Under the pieces are notes generated by a model, which saw only the letters and a program-made list of their open reading frames with translations, was not told the origin of the DNA and did not search any database. Made by a program: the position numbers and the translations under genes. From NCBI RefSeq assembly GCF_004010195.1, contig NC_057728.1, forward strand, positions 48,839,152 through 48,903,151: 64,000 nt of DNA, written 5' to 3'. Positions 1 through 14,045 of the stretch are shown in pieces; the first letter of the stretch is position 1, and every line of letters begins with the position of its first letter. This DNA comes from Chiloscyllium plagiosum. Lineage: Eukaryota.

Positions 1-586
1 CCTAAACCTAAAATACCATCAAAATGTGCAACAGTAAATGTCGAACCTGGCTCATAGATAGATTCCCCAAATTCTTGTCCATTTATGGTAATGTTTCCAA
101 TCTATGAAGAATGAAGAAGAATTATGGGTGGGTATTTAGAAGTCTGAAATCCACATAATGCAATGAACTGAACCCTGAAAACTGACAGGCATATTCACCT
201 TCCAGCCATTTACACAAAATATTTATCTTATTTCACGTGTTTTTGGGTCTAAAATAAATAGTCTGCATATCACAGTATCTATGTAATAGTTCAAAGTAAC
301 TACTATACTAAAAACAAGATTAAAATATAATGCTTTAATGAAGTTAATGCAAATGCTGTCTTGGTATTTATTCCATTAGCCTTCATACAGTTTTGAACTG
401 ATAAACAGAATACTATCCAGACTCTACCAAAATACATGATAGCCACATTTTTAAGTAGAAAGAGATACTATGCAATGTTGCAATCATCATGGGGAATAGA
501 CTCAAAGTATATGAGTCTTAGAGGCAATTAATTGAACAGGAAAATAACGTAGATTAACTATAATGAAAAAGTAAATACAGTCGGTA

Positions 587-1925
587 GAGTCATACAGCAC
601 GGAAACACACCCTTCTGTCCAACTAGTCCACATCAACCATAAGTTCAAACTAAACTAGTCTCACCTGCCTGCGTTTGGCCCATATCCTCCATACATTTCT
701 TATTCATGGACTTAGCTAAATATCTTTTAAATGTTGCAAATGTACCTACACCTACCACTTCCTCTGGAAGCTCATTTCACACATGAACCACACTGTGTAA
801 ACAAAAACTACCCCTTTTTTCTAAATCCTTTTGGTCTCACCTTGAAAATACACCTTCTAGTCTTAAAATTCCCCACCATAGGGGAAAAACACCTGCCATT
901 CACCTTATCTGTACCCTTCATGATTTTATAAACCTCAATAGGTCACCCTTCAACCTCCTGCACTCCAGTGAAAAAGGTTCCAGCATATCCAGCGTCTCTT
1001 TATGGACAAACTGTCCATTCCCAGCAACATCCTGGTAAATCTTTTCTGAGCCCTCTCCAAATTAATAGTATCCTTCCTATGACAGGGCGACCAGAATATT
1101 CCAGAAGAGGCCTCACCAATGTCTTGTACAACCTCAACATAACATCCCAATGCCTATACTCAAAGATTAGATTAGACCACCTACTGTGTGGAAACTGGCC
1201 CTTTGGCCCTACAAGTCAACACCAACCCTCCGAAGAGTAACCCACCCAGACCCACTTCCCTCTGACTAATGTACTTAACACTATGGAGGAAATCGGAGCA
1301 CCCAGAGGAAACCCACGTAGACACGGGGAGAATGTGCCAACTCCACACAGATAGTTGCCCGAGGCTGAAATCAAACCTGGGTCCCTGGTGCTGTGAGGCA
1401 TGAGTGTAAACCACTGAGCCACTATGCCTCTCTAGGTCTGAGCAATGAAGACAAACATGCTAAACACCTTCTTAACCACCTTATCTATATGTGATGCAAA
1501 CTTCAAAGAATATGTACCTCAACCCTTAGATATCTCTGTTCTACAACACTATACAAGGTCTTACTTTTAATTGTATTAGTCCTGCCCTTGTTTGTTTTAC
1601 CAAAATACAATTTCTCACATTTATCCAAATTTATCTCCATCTGCCAGTCTTTAGCCCATTGACCCAAGTGATCAAGATCTCCTTATAATCTTAGAAAACT
1701 TTCTTCACTGTCCATTGTACCACCAATTTTGGTGTCATCCATAAACTTACTAATCATGTCTTCTATGTTCTCATCTAAATCATTTATATAAATAACAAAC
1801 AAAAGTGGACACAGCACTGTTCCTTGGGAACACCAATGGCCACAAGCCTCCAGTCCAAAAAAAAAACTTTCCACCATCACCCTCTGTCACCTGCCTTTAA
1901 GCCAAGTTTGATACATTCACAAGCA
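587..1925 (-). mobile_element. CR1/HER1-type LINE 3' fragment, interrupted by an HE1 SINE
   Basis: RT remnant LCPLLFVIYINDLDENIEDMISKFMDDTKIGG and CR1 3' tail on the minus strand. Confidence 0.85.
1164..1428 (-). mobile_element. HE1-type tRNA-derived V-SINE
   Basis: tRNA-like head, gggtttcctctgggtgctccg core, (aatct)n tail. Confidence 0.85.
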
Positions 1926-2088
1926 TACTCTGAATCCTATGTGGAGCTATGACAAGTAAGTAATATATGAGAAAGGAAAGTATACATACGAAAAGCAGAG
2001 AAACAGAAAACTACGGGTAATAAATGAGTTGAATGAAATTGAATCAGAGCAATAAAAGAGAGAATAAAACTAAATTAGCAAGAACTTA

Positions 2089-2389
2089 TAGAGTCATAGA
2101 GTCATAGAGATGTACAGCACGGAAACAGACCCTTTGGTCCAACTTGTCCATGCTAACCAGATATTCTAAATTAATCTAAATCCCATTTGCAAGCATCTAC
2201 CCTGTATCCCTCTAAACCCTTCCTATTCATATACCCATCCGAATGCCTTTTAAATGTTGCAATTGTACCAGCCTTCACTACTTCCTCTGGCAGCTCATTC
2301 TATACACATACTACACTCTGTGTGAAAATGTTGCCCCTTAGGTCTCTTTTGTATCTTTCCCCTCTCACCCTAAACCTATGCCCTCTAGT
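2089..2389 (-). mobile_element. CR1 LINE 3' end
   Basis: [20 protein letters not shown]; ctctatga repeat tail. Confidence 0.85.
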
Positions 2390-2744
2390 CGGATAGGAAA
2401 TATTTCTGGCTGTAACAAATATTCCTTTTTTGAGGTATTTTAGGCGTTGGAGGTGATTTCCTCGAATTCCAAGGGCAGCAATTATTGTTTTATATGCCAT
2501 TGCATTGTTTTGGAACTTTGGAAAGAAAAAAGTCAAAACAACATCCCTTTTAAAAGGGAGAAAAACAGACAAAGGAAGCATATGGTGAGGACAGTGCAGG
2601 AGGGAGAGAGAGAGAAAGAACTTTTTAAAACTCATGGAGAAATGCATTGCTATGCACCAGCATCAATTTCATTCTGCTGGGTTTATATGTTAATTTTCTT
2701 CACTATCATGCAGTACAGCACTGAACATATTTGAAGCATTATAA

Positions 2745-2972
2745 AATTGATTGCAACCTCAGCAGGCCAGGTAGCATCTGTGGAGGGAGAAATAGAGCTG
2801 ATGTTTCAAGTCTAATATGACTTCTTCTCAACATTTCTGAAAGAGTCATACTGAGCTCAAAATGTTAACTGCCTCTCTCTCTCTCCACAGTTCCTGCCAG
2901 ACTTGTTTAGTTTCACCAGCATTTTCTGTGATTGTTTGAGATTTCCAGTGTCTGCACTATTTTATTTCTATT
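2745..2972. mobile_element. Old palindromic PLE-derived mini element (decayed hammerhead family E)
   Basis: Degenerate inverted arms around atgacttcttc...gaaagagtcat; similar copies at about 11190..11345, 15434..15522 and 17930..18075. Confidence 0.6.
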
Positions 2973-3336
2973 ACAGAAATTATTGCTTCTTTCCTGCAAA
3001 AGAAAGAACATTTTATGTTCAATCCTTTCTGATGGCCTAAATGAAAGTATTTGGCCTTTTCAATGGTTCAAAGCTGTGCATATTGTTGAGGACGATAATA
3101 ATTTATACTAAAAACAATTTGACATATGTCATTGAAGCTATTTATCATTTATTAAACAAAAATGCAACAGTGAAAATACGACTGAGATACATTTCAATGA
3201 TCTAACTGTTCACATTGTCCAGTTAAGATAAGTTTTAAATGTAAACCTATTCATTGAAAAAAATAAATAGGAAAAATAAAAGACACAGAGATGAATTTCA
3301 TGATGAGGACCTCATCATAATCTCTGCCATTCCACC

Positions 3337-5714
3337 AGTTACAGAAACATGGCTCAGAGATGGGCAGGACTGGCAGCTTCATGTTCCAGGATACAAGTGC
3401 TACAGGAAGGACAGAAAAGGAGGCAAGAGAGGAGAGGTAGTGGCATTTTTGATAAGGGATAGCATTACAGCTGTACTGAGGGAGGATATTCCCGGAAATA
3501 CATCCAGGAAAGTTATTTGGGTGGAACTGAGAAATAAGAAAGGGATGATCACCTTATTGGGATTGTATTATAGACCCCCCAATAGTCAGAGGGAAATTGA
3601 GAACCAAATTTATAAGGAGACCTCAGTAATTTATAAGAACAATAGGGTGGTTATGGTAGGGTATTTTAACTTTCCAAACATAGACAGGGACTGCCATACT
3701 GTTAAGGGTTTAGATGGAGAGGAATTTGTTAAGTGTGTACAAGACAATTTTCTGATTCGGTATGTGGATGTACCTACCAGAGAAGGTGCAAAACTTGACC
3801 TACTCTTGGGAAACAAGGCAGGGCAGGTGACTGAGCTGTCAGTGAGGGAGCACTTTGGGGCCAATTACCATAATTCTATTAATTTTAAAATAGTGATGGA
3901 AAAGGACAGACCAGACCTAAAAGTTGAAGTTCTAAATAGGCGGAGGGCAAATTTTGAGGTTTTAGACAAGAACTTTCAAAAACTGATTGGGGGCAAATGT
4001 TTGCAGTTAAAGGGATGGCTGGAAAATGGGAAGCCTTCAGAAATGATATAACAAGAGTACCTCATCATCAATATTCGCTGTGGAAAAGGACATGGAAGAT
4101 ATAAAATGTAGGGAAATAGATGGTGACATCTTGAAAAATGTCCATATTACAGAGGAGGAAGTGCAGGATGACTTGAAACGCATAAAAGTGGATAAATCCT
4201 GAGGACCTGATCAAATGTACCCTAGAACTCTGTGGGAAGCTATGGGAAGTGATTGCGGGGCCTCTTACTGAGATATTTGTATCATCGATAGTCACAGGGG
4301 AGGTGCCAGAAAACTGGAGGTTGGCTAACATGGTGCCACTGTTTAAGAAAGGTGGTAAGGACAAGTCAGGGAACTATAGACCATTGAGCCTGATGTCGGT
4401 GGTGGGCAAGTTGTTGGAAGGAATCCTGAGGGAAAGGATGTACATGTATTTGGAAAGGCAAGGACTGATTAGGGATAGTGTACATAGCTTTGTGCATGGG
4501 AAATCATGTCTCACAAACTTGATTGAGTTTTTTTGGATTAGTAACGAAGAGGATTGATGAGGGCAGAGCGGTAGATGTGATCTACATTGACTTCGGTAAA
4601 ACGTTCGACATGCTTCCCCATGGGAGACTGATTAGCAAGGTTAGATCTCATGGAATACAGGGAGAACTCACCATTTGGATACAGAACTGGCTCAAAGGTA
4701 GAAGACAGAGAGTATTGGTGGAGGGTTGTTTTTCAGACTGGAGGCATGTGACCAGTGGAGTGCCAGAAGGATCAGTGCTGGGTCCACTACCTTTCTTCAT
4801 TTATGTGAGCATAAGAGGTATAGTTAGTAAACTTGCTGATGACACCAAAATTGGAGGTGTAGTGGACAGCGAAGAAGGATACCTCAGATTACAACGGGAT
4901 CTTAATCAGATGGGCCAATGGACTGAGAAGTGGCAGATGGAGTTTAATTCAGATAAATGCAAGGTGCTTCAATTTTGGGAAACCAAATCTTAGCAGGACT
5001 TATACACTTAATGTTAAGGTCCTTAAGAGTGTTGTTGAACAAAGAGACCTTGGAGTGCATGTTCATAGCTCCTTGAAAGTGGAGTCACAGTTAGATAGGA
5101 TAATGAAGAAGGTGTTTGGAATGCTTTCCTTTATTGGTCAGAGTATTGAGTACAGGTGTTGGGAGGTCATGTTGCGGCTGTACATGACATTGGTTAGGCC
5201 ACTTTTGGAATATTGCATGTAATTCTGGTCTCCTTCCTATCGGAAAGATGTTGTGAAGCCTGAAAAGGTTCAGAAAGTATTTACAAGGATGTTGCCAGGG
5301 TTGGAGGATTTGAGCTATAGGGAGAGGCTGGGGTGACTTTACAGAGGTGTATAAAATCATGATGGAGATGGATAGTTAAATAAACAAAGTCTTTTCCCTG
5401 GAGTGGGGGAGACAAGAACTAGAGGGCATCAGTTTAGGGTGAGGGTGAAAGATATAAAAGAGACCTAAAGGGGCAACTTTTTCATTCAGTGGGTGGTATG
5501 TATAAGGAATGAGCTGCCAGAGGAAATGGTGGAGGCTATTACAATTCTAACAGTTAAAAGGCATTTGGATGGGTATATGAATAGGAAGGGTTTGCAGGGA
5601 TATGGGCCAGGTGCTGGCAGGTGGGACCAGATTGGGTTGGGATATCTGGTCGGCATGGATGGGTTGGGCCGAAGGGTCTGCTTCTGTGCTGTACATCTCT
5701 ATGACTCTATGACT
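3337..5714 (+). mobile_element. CR1/HER1 LINE ORF2 remnant (APE endonuclease + RT) with internal deletion near 4060
   Basis: VTETWL, YYRPPN, FNFPNID, LDLLL (APE); GNYRPLSLMS, KLADDTKIGG (RT); frameshifts; CR1 3' tail. Confidence 0.92.
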
Positions 5715-7117
5715 CAGTTGGAAAGTCTGCTGGCACCATGCTGACTTTAACTCTTGCAGCTTCCACCATGTTAATATGCGTTTAATGAGGTAGGAGTGGA
5801 ACCTCAGTCCCACATCTGAGACCTGCCAGGCAATTTGATCGGGTGTAGCTCTGTAATCCCAGCAATGCCAGAAGCAGCAGCAGCTGCTACTGGGACTGCA
5901 GGAGGGAAGAATGTACACACCAGACTTCCATGTGCATTTTGTTTTGGGAAGGAAATTTACCTCACCCAGGAGGGAGTGAGGGACCAGATTTCAGGGGGGG
6001 GGGGAATGCATATGGGGGAGGGGGGGTACCATGAAGGGAATTGGTGCTCCCAATGCCCACAGGAGTCACATCAAAGAAAGTACCTCCCGTTACCTTCCTG
6101 CCTTTGCCCAAGCAACAAACTGTTCAGCTGGTTGCCATCCCCAGCTGCACATATTATTGGGGAGGACATGGAATGAGGTCCTTATTAAGGGACACGCTGA
6201 GCATGGGGGTTAACAGACTGCCTTACCCAACCCTCATTAGATTGGGTACAGGCCTGGGGTGGGTGTGAAAGAGGTGGACTCACCATCTGCTTTGGTTAAG
6301 TGTTCCCCATCTTTAAATTCACTGGCACAGACCAGCCAGATTCACACCCACCCACCCCACCCCTTTGGGTAAACCTATTTAGATCTATTACAGAGTCAAC
6401 TCAAACAATGCTTGTCTCCTGTGTGATTATTGAGATTCTTTACACGTTAGTAATAGTTGTAATCCAACTTACTGTGATTTTATCTTTACCCATCATTCCC
6501 ATGAGTTGCCCAGTGCCATATCGTATGGCAAAAGAGTTTCCTTTGGGAGAATATGATGATGAGAAAAATGATTGAAAGCGTCGATGTCGTTCTAGAAAGA
6601 AAAAAGAATGGATACTATATACAATATTTAATCCTTCTGCCATTTTCTGGTTCTCTGTTATTATTTCCCCAGCCTCATCTTCTAAGGAACCTATGTTCAC
6701 TTTGGCCTTTCTCCTACATTTTATATATTTAAAGAAGTTATTGGTATTAGGAAACCCTCTCGCTGTCCATCTTGGTATTACTTACAAATTTATCCGCAAA
6801 GTTTACTTCCTCCCTTGTTATTACATTTTTGTTCCAGTAACATAAATTTAAAGGTCTCGTGTGAAAATATTAGTGGAATGGTGAATGGATGTTGGTGAAT
6901 AGAGTAGGTGAGGGAAGGTAAGTGGACAAGTTTACAGATGGGTACAGTAATATGCGATAAATAGGATAGCTGAGGAAATTACAGGAATTGGTGTCCAGTC
7001 AGCTGACACTCAGTGCAGAAGAAGACATTGTCTTCCCACACTATCTATAATGTACTTAGCTGAAGTACCTGTTCTGGTTACCAAGGTCTGCTCCCTGTCT
7101 AAGCACATTTACACGGG

Positions 7118-7216
7118 CTCTGAGGAAAGGTCACCTGACCCGAAATGTTAACTTTGATTTCTCTTCACAGATGCTGCCAGACCCGCTGAGCCTTTCCAGC
7201 AATTTCTGTTTTTGTT
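7118..7216 (+). mobile_element. PLE terminal fragment with hammerhead-like motif (family B)
   Basis: CTGAGGA A AGGTCA CC TGACCC GAAA TG TT at 7120..7149, followed by gatgctgccagacccgctgag. Confidence 0.65.
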
Positions 7217-7493
7217 TATAAAAGGTAGGCTGGAAAGTGAGTAGACTGGGAGCTAATGAAGTGGGACAGGGAGTAGTTGAGTCAGGGCAGGAGGGATTGT
7301 CATGTCCAGTCATAATGGGGGTTAATCCATTCTGATTGGAATGAGTCAATTGGGAAAGTTAGATTTGGGGTCAGTCAGGTTTAGGTTAGCTAAATGAGTG
7401 GCACAGGGTAATTGGCGCTAGTCAGGGCTGAGGGTGGACAGCAAGCATAGTTGGGTCAGGTCAGGGATCAGGGCTGTGTTAGGGATAGTCAGC

Positions 7494-7750
7494 AGGTTCA
7501 AGGACAGCCTCTTCTCTGCTGTAATTAGATTGCTGAATGGACTCTGACTTCAAATCATGTTCATTTTGTTAATATTGTTCTTGCCTTATACACATCCTGT
7601 AAAGAAAAACCTGTAACTCTCACTCTGTCCAAGTTTTTTTCACCCAACGATCTGTATGTCCTTGCTTACTATCATCTACCTGTACTGCTCACAAACAAAG
7701 CTTTTCACTGTACTTAGGTACAGATGACAATAAATCAAATCTAATCAATC
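7494..7750 (+). mobile_element. Rex1/Babar-like non-LTR retrotransposon 3' end
   Basis: Translates RFKDSLFSAVIRLLNG, then a 3'UTR ending caataaatcaaatctaatcaatc. Confidence 0.6.
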
Positions 7751-8356
7751 AGTCAGGAGATAGTCAGGTGTGAGGGGGATTTGGGGGACAGTCAGGGGAA
7801 TAGTCAAGCACTGAGTATTGCATTGGGGCGGGGCTGTCAATGTGAGTTTTTGGGAGGTAGTTAACCAGAGGTTGTAGGATTTGATTTGTCTGACATTTCC
7901 TGGGTGATGACCAGGTAAGTATCACAAACTGTCTCAAGTCTGTAACTCTAGATTTGGAAATATCTGGGGAGCAGGGAAATTTCCCATTAGAAATTGAAAC
8001 TTCCCATGCAATTCCTACAGGGGTCTCCAACAATGCAGAGACCAGAAGACTTCGGTCCATACTTACATTTAACTTCCAACCAGGAAGGATGGAGAAGCAA
8101 ACAAGTAAAATTCCGCAAAGAATTATTCATTTGTAAGCAAAAATATGGACCTAGCCACGAAGGCGAAATTTGTAAGTTGACGAGCATTGCTTAGAGAGAC
8201 CCCAAACAGATTTGTTTCAATAATGATGAAAGTTAAAATAGGATTGCCATCTGTTGTTGGTTTGAAACCAGCAACATACTGCAAGTCTACATTTCCATTT
8301 GACATCAGTTATAATCATTTCTGATCAGAACATAAATTGATATAACTTTGATTTTA

Positions 8357-8479
<123 letters not shown>

Positions 8480-10659
8480 CTAAGTGTTCAAAGACACAAT
8501 AAAATAAAGCCACTGCACCATCTTAAATATTGACAGTAAATTCTTCAAATCTAAAAGGTCTCCTGTTGAATGCCACAGAATTGCTTCCAGAAGATGCTAT
8601 CCCATGTTAGCTACCACTCCCTCAGTTTTGGATATCATTAATAAACCCTACCTTCAGGTTTCATAACTTTATTCCCTAGTTACATTCACTTCTCAGATTG
8701 ACTCAACAGGGTAGAGTTCTAATTTACCATCTGGATGTAAAGTGCTTTTGTGAATTGGATCATGGAAAATGAAAATTGGGCAGCTGATCTGTTTTTACTT
8801 CAGATTTTCAACAGTGGCATCTCTTTTTATCTCCAGTCATTTTTAAAGATAACTTACATCCATATAATTTGATAAGTGCTCTGAAGTGACACCAATATCT
8901 TGCATCATTAAAACTTCAGAAGGATAACAGCTATTGTATTTGCGGAAAAAGGCATCTGAATTGTGATTTTGGAGAAATTCTTCTAGTTCATTTCTTTCTC
9001 TGAGCAATCTCCTTATTGTCTTAAAACGAATTAGAGGAATCCTGTAAAATACATTAAATTCTCAAATAAATACATCGCACTTGAACAAATGCAAGATACA
9101 GATCACAAAACACATTCATGTTCTTCACATATTAAGATGCTACCAATTCAAATATTTCACTGGCTCTCCCATTATTTTCTCATCCTTGAGATCATTTTGT
9201 ACTACACATTGTTTATTTACTGAAAACGCAGGAAATTGTTGTCCATTTTTGTCCATGTATCTTGGAAAATACCCTTTAAAGTGATTAATCAAAAGTGTGA
9301 CATCAAGAGGTCCTTGGCAATATTGAATTGAGAAATTGGATAAGAGGTGCATGGGTACTAGTTACAGAAGCTTAGAGTACAAAAGCAAAGAAGTAATCAT
9401 GAACCTTTCTAAAATTCTGTTCGGGAGTATTGCATCAAAATCTGGGATTTATATTTTAGGAAGGCTATGAATGCTTTGGAAAGGGAGTAGAAAAGATTTC
9501 TGAGAATGATACCAGTGGTTTAAGTTGCGTGAACAGATTTGAAAAGCTGGGGTTCCATAGAAATGGTTGCTTTCAAAAACAAAGTGAATAGGCACCTGAG
9601 GAGGAAAGAAATCGCATGCTGGAGGGTGGACATGTGCGACTAGCGGACCCTGTCGAAAATCTCAAATGGATTTGCCTCCTTCACACCCTCAGCATGAAGT
9701 ATATTTCAGACCCCCACTTGCAATGTGAAACAAACTTTCTGCATGCCATTGTTGGGTGTTTTGGCAATCACCTTAGATCAATATCACAGTAATAATTTTT
9801 AACACTTCTATCAAATCTCCTCTCAAACCTGACCTGCAGGAAGTCAACATGGACATGGTCTCCTTATACACTGTAATCATTTTATGATCTCTTCTATGTC
9901 CTGCCTGAATGGCAGCTAAATATTAACAGCCCCTGATGATGGGCAGCCACTCTCTCAAAGACCAGGGCTGAATTTTAGTCAGCAGAATTCCCACCATGTG
10001 GGCAGGAAAGTTTTCACCTCCCCAGCTGTGAGACCCAGGGCCATACTTTTCCAATTAAATAGTTGCCACCAGACCACCTGATTATAGGCAGAGGCTGACC
10101 CCAAGAGCTATTGTCCAATCAGAGGCTTACAGAAATTGTTAACACGAGGGGTCATAGTTTTAAGCTGTTTGGATACTACAGTTGGAGGGGGAGGTGGATC
10201 AATGGGCATTCCTCACCTGCACTGTCCAGAAACCCTTGAGTATATGTCTCTGCGTGGCTAATTGCAAGGGTTGGATTAATTATCACTAATTTACCAACCA
10301 AAGAGGAATTGTCAGGCATCATTCTTCAGAAACCATGACTTGTAAGGCTAAAGCAAGGTTAGTGGCATGAAGTTTTGAAGCAAAACTAGGGAAACAAGAT
10401 ATAAAATGTAGATTCACTGATAGCAGAAAAAACAATTTTGCAAATGTTCTTGCAACAAATATTTGGCAGTCTTAATCAATTGACATTAAAGCTATATTTC
10501 TGCAGGAAGATCAGCTCAGCAGGGAAATTCATCCTCAAAAGAGGCACCAAATGCAGTGGGAACACTCTGGAAGTTAAATTAATGCTCTAGAGTTGATTAA
10601 AATGGGGCGAATTGAGTTCAAAGGTAGACCCTGCTATGTTTACATGGTACCATGAGAGG

Positions 10660-11072
10660 AGAAAGTGAGGGCTGCAGATGCTGGAGATCAGAGCTGAAAA
10701 TGTGTTGCTGGAAAAGCGCAGCGGGTCAGGCAGCATCCAAGGAACAGGAGAATCGACTTTTCGGAAAAGCGCAGCGGGTCAGGCAGCATCCAAGGAACAG
10801 GAGAATCGACTTTTCGGAAAAGCGCAGNNNNNNNNNNNNNNNNNNNNNNNNNNNNNNNNNNNNNNNNNNNNNNNNNNNNNNNNNNNNNNNNNNNNNNNNN
10901 NNNNNNNNNNNNNNNNNNNNNNNNNNNNNNNNNNNNNNNNNNNNNNNNNNNNNNNNNNNNNNNNNNNNNNNNNNNNNNNNNNNNNNACGAAGGGCTTATG
11001 CCCGAAACGTCGATTCTCCTGTTCCTTGGATGCTGCCTGACCTGCTGCGCTTTTCCAGCAACACATTTTCAG
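10660..11072. mobile_element. Palindromic PLE mini element (family A) spanning an assembly gap
   Basis: Inverted arms; 17-bp direct repeat catggtaccatgagagg at 10643..10659 and 11073..11089; gaagggcttatgcccgaaacgtc after the gap. Confidence 0.8.
10828..10986. other. Assembly gap
   Basis: Run of N. Confidence 1.
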
Positions 11073-12572
11073 CATGGTACCATGAGAGGCAGCTTTCAGG
11101 CATCTTTTGATGAACATAAACACTTCTGGTTGAGTGAGAGCCGTGAATTTGAAAACATTGTCATAAATTCAATAAAGCAGAATTCAAAATTGGAAACAAA
11201 CAGAATGCTGGAGAAACTCAGCAGGTCTGGCAGGTTCTATGGACAGAGAAAAAGACAGTTAATATTTTGAGTCCAGTAGGACTTCTAAATAGTCATACCA
11301 GATTTGTATTGTTAACTTTGTTTCTCTCTCCTCATGGAACTTGATGTTTTTAGTAATGCCTCTTCTGAAAATCTGTGATGGGTTCTCAAATGCAGAAGGA
11401 TTTGTAATTTTTCTTGTGGGAAAGGGAGGTATGATTTGCCCTTAGCTTGGGAAGCTACAAAGTTTAACATAGAACATAGAACAGTACAGCACAGAACAGG
11501 CCCTTCAGCCCACGATGTTGTGGCGACCATTGATCCTCATGTAAGGTAAGCCTAATGTACGAACCCTCAAATTTCTGTGACCATATGCATATCCAGCAGT
11601 CTCTTAAATATCCCCAATGATCTTGCTTCCACAACTGCTGCTGGCAAAGCATTCCATGCTCTCACGACTCTTTGCGTAAAGAACCCGCTTTTGACATCCC
11701 CTCTATACTTTCCGTCAAACAACTTAAAACAATGACCCCTCGTGTTAACAATTTCTGCCCTGGGAAAAAAGTCTCTGGCTATCAACTCTATCTATGCCTC
11801 TCATTATCTTGTACACCTCAATTAGGTCCCCTCTCTTCCTTCTTTTTTCCAGTCCGAGCTCAGTCAACCTCTCTTCGTAAGATAAGTCCTCCATTCCAGG
11901 AAGCATCCTGGTAAACCCCCTCTGAACCCTCTCCAAAGCATCCACATCTTTCCTATAATAGGGTGACCAGAACTGGGCACAGTATTCCAAGTGCGGTCTA
12001 ACCAAAGTTTTATAAAGCTGGAACAAGATCTCACGACTCTTAAACTCAATCCCCCTGTTAATGAAAGCCAAAACACCATATGCTTTCTTAACAATACCCT
12101 GTCCACTTGGGTGGCAATTTTAAGGGATCTATGTACCTGCACACCAAGATCCCTCTGTTCCTCCACACTACCAAGAATCCTATCTTTAATCCTGTACTCA
12201 ACTTTCAAGTTTGAACTTCCAAAATGCATCACTTCGCATTTATCCAGGTTGAACTCCATCGGCCACCTCTCAGCCCATCTCTGCAGCCTGTCAATGTCAC
12301 GCTGCAGCCTACAACAGCCCTCTATACTGTCAACGACACCTCCAACCTTTGTGTCGGCTGCAAACTTGCTGACCCATCCTTCAAGTCATTAATAAAAATT
12401 ACAAAGAGTAGAGGCCCAATAACAGAGCCCTGTGGAACACCACTCACCACTGTCTTCCAGGCAGAATACTTTCCTTCCACTACCACTCGCTATCTTCTGT
12501 TGACCAGCCAATTCTGTATCCAGACAGCTAAGTTCCCCTGTATCCCATTCCTCCTGACCTTCTGAATGAGCC

Positions 12573-13418
12573 NNNNNNNNNNNNNNNNNNNNNNNNNNNN
12601 NNNNNNNNNNNNNNNNNNNNNNNNNNNNNNNNNNNNNNNNNNNNNNNNNNNNNNNNNNNNNNNNNNNNNNNNNNNNNNNNNNNNNNNNNNNNNNNNNNNN
12701 NNNNNNNNNNNNNNNNNNNNNNNNNNNNNNNNNNNNNNNNNNNNNNNNNNNNNNNNNNNNNNNNNNNNNNNNNNNNNNNNNNNNNNNNNNNNNNNNNNNN
12801 NNNNNNNNNNNNNNNNNNNNNNNNNNNNNNNNNNNNNNNNNNNNNNNNNNNNNNNNNNNNNNNNNNNNNNNNNNNNNNNNNNNNNNNNNNNNNNNNNNNN
12901 NNNNNNNNNNNNNNNNNNNNNNNNNNNNNNNNNNNNNNNNNNNNNNNNNNNNNNNNNNNNNNNNNNNNNNNNNNNNNNNNNNNNNNNNNNNNNNNNNNNN
13001 NNNNNNNNNNNNNNNNNNNNNNNNNNNNNNNNNNNNNNNNNNNNNNNNNNNNNNNNNNNNNNNNNNNNNNNNNNNNNNNNNNNNNNNNNNNNNNNNNNNN
13101 NNNNNNNNNNNNNNNNNNNNNNNNNNNNNNNNNNNNNNNNNNNNNNNNNNNNNNNNNNNNNNNNNNNNNNNNNNNNNNNNNNNNNNNNNNNNNNNNNNNN
13201 NNNNNNNNNNNNNNNNNNNNNNNNNNNNNNNNNNNNNNNNNNNNNNNNNNNNNNNNNNNNNNNNNNNNNNNNNNNNNNNNNNNNNNNNNNNNNNNNNNNN
13301 NNNNNNNNNNNNNNNNNNNNNNNNNNNNNNNNNNNNNNNNNNNNNNNNNNNNNNNNNNNNNNNNNNNNNNNNNNNNNNNNNNNNNNNNNNNNNNNNNNNN
13401 NNNNNNNNNNNNNNNNNN
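12573..13418. other. Assembly gap
   Basis: Run of N. Confidence 1.
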
Positions 13419-13828
13419 ATATCCTCCCATTGTGCCTGCTTCTCTCCTTCTCCATAGCTACATAGAATGTGAGGCAGTTGTGGCACTATCCCCAAAATGC
13501 TCTCCCACCGCAAGATCTGACACCTGCCCCGGCTCATTGCCGAGCACCAAATCCAAAATGGCCTCTCCCCTCACCGGTCTGTCAACGTACTAAGTTAGAA
13601 AACCCTCCTGAACACACCTTACAAAAACAGCTCCTTCCAAACCATCTGCTCGAAGGAGGTTCCAATCAATATTGGGAAAGTTAAAGTCACCTATTACAAC
13701 AACCCTACTTCATTCACACTTTTCCAAAATTTGCGAACCTATGCTTTCTTCAATTTCCCTGCTGCTATTGGGGAGCCTGTAGTAAACCCCTAATGAGGTG
13801 ACTGCTCCCTTACTGTTCCTAATTTCCA

Positions 13829-14045
13829 AGGAGAAAGTGAGGATTACAGATGCTGGAGATCAGAGCTGAAAAATGTGTTGCTGGAAAAGCACAGCAGGTC
13901 AGGCAGCATCAAAGGAGCAGGAGAATGGACGTTTCAGGCATAAGCCCTTCTACTGAAGAAGGGCTTATGCCCGACACGTCAATTCTCCTGCTCCTTTGAT
14001 GCTGTCTGACCTGCTGCGCTTTTCCAGCAACACATCTTTCAGCTT
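13829..14045. mobile_element. Palindromic PLE mini element (family A) inserted into the CR1 endonuclease region
   Basis: Inverted arms of about 90 bp around a tact loop; 15-bp TSD tgttcctaatttcca at 13814..13828 and 14046..14060. Confidence 0.85.

Noticed and set aside
1..260. Possible tail of an upstream gene (frame 1 PKPKIPSKCATVNVEPGS*, then AATAAA near 252), for example BEST3 by synteny
   Set aside because: Only 18 codons and no recognisable similarity; cannot be supported without the adjacent sequence
3254..4051. 265-aa ORF as a host gene
   Set aside because: CR1 APE endonuclease remnant with mutated catalytic motifs, followed by a frameshifted RT
6300..6575. 91-aa ORF with a hydrophobic stretch
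   Set aside because: GTG start, no recognisable homology or exon context, lies between repeats
7230..7860. Recurrent (t/g)agtcagg motifs in a G-rich tract
   Set aside because: Degenerate low-complexity repeat without regular period or coding signal
10710..10827. CRISPR-like direct repeats
   Set aside because: No spacers, eukaryotic context, adjacent to a gap
12389..13537. 300-380 aa ORFs (also 49828..50842 and 10652..11123)
   Set aside because: Artefacts of N runs
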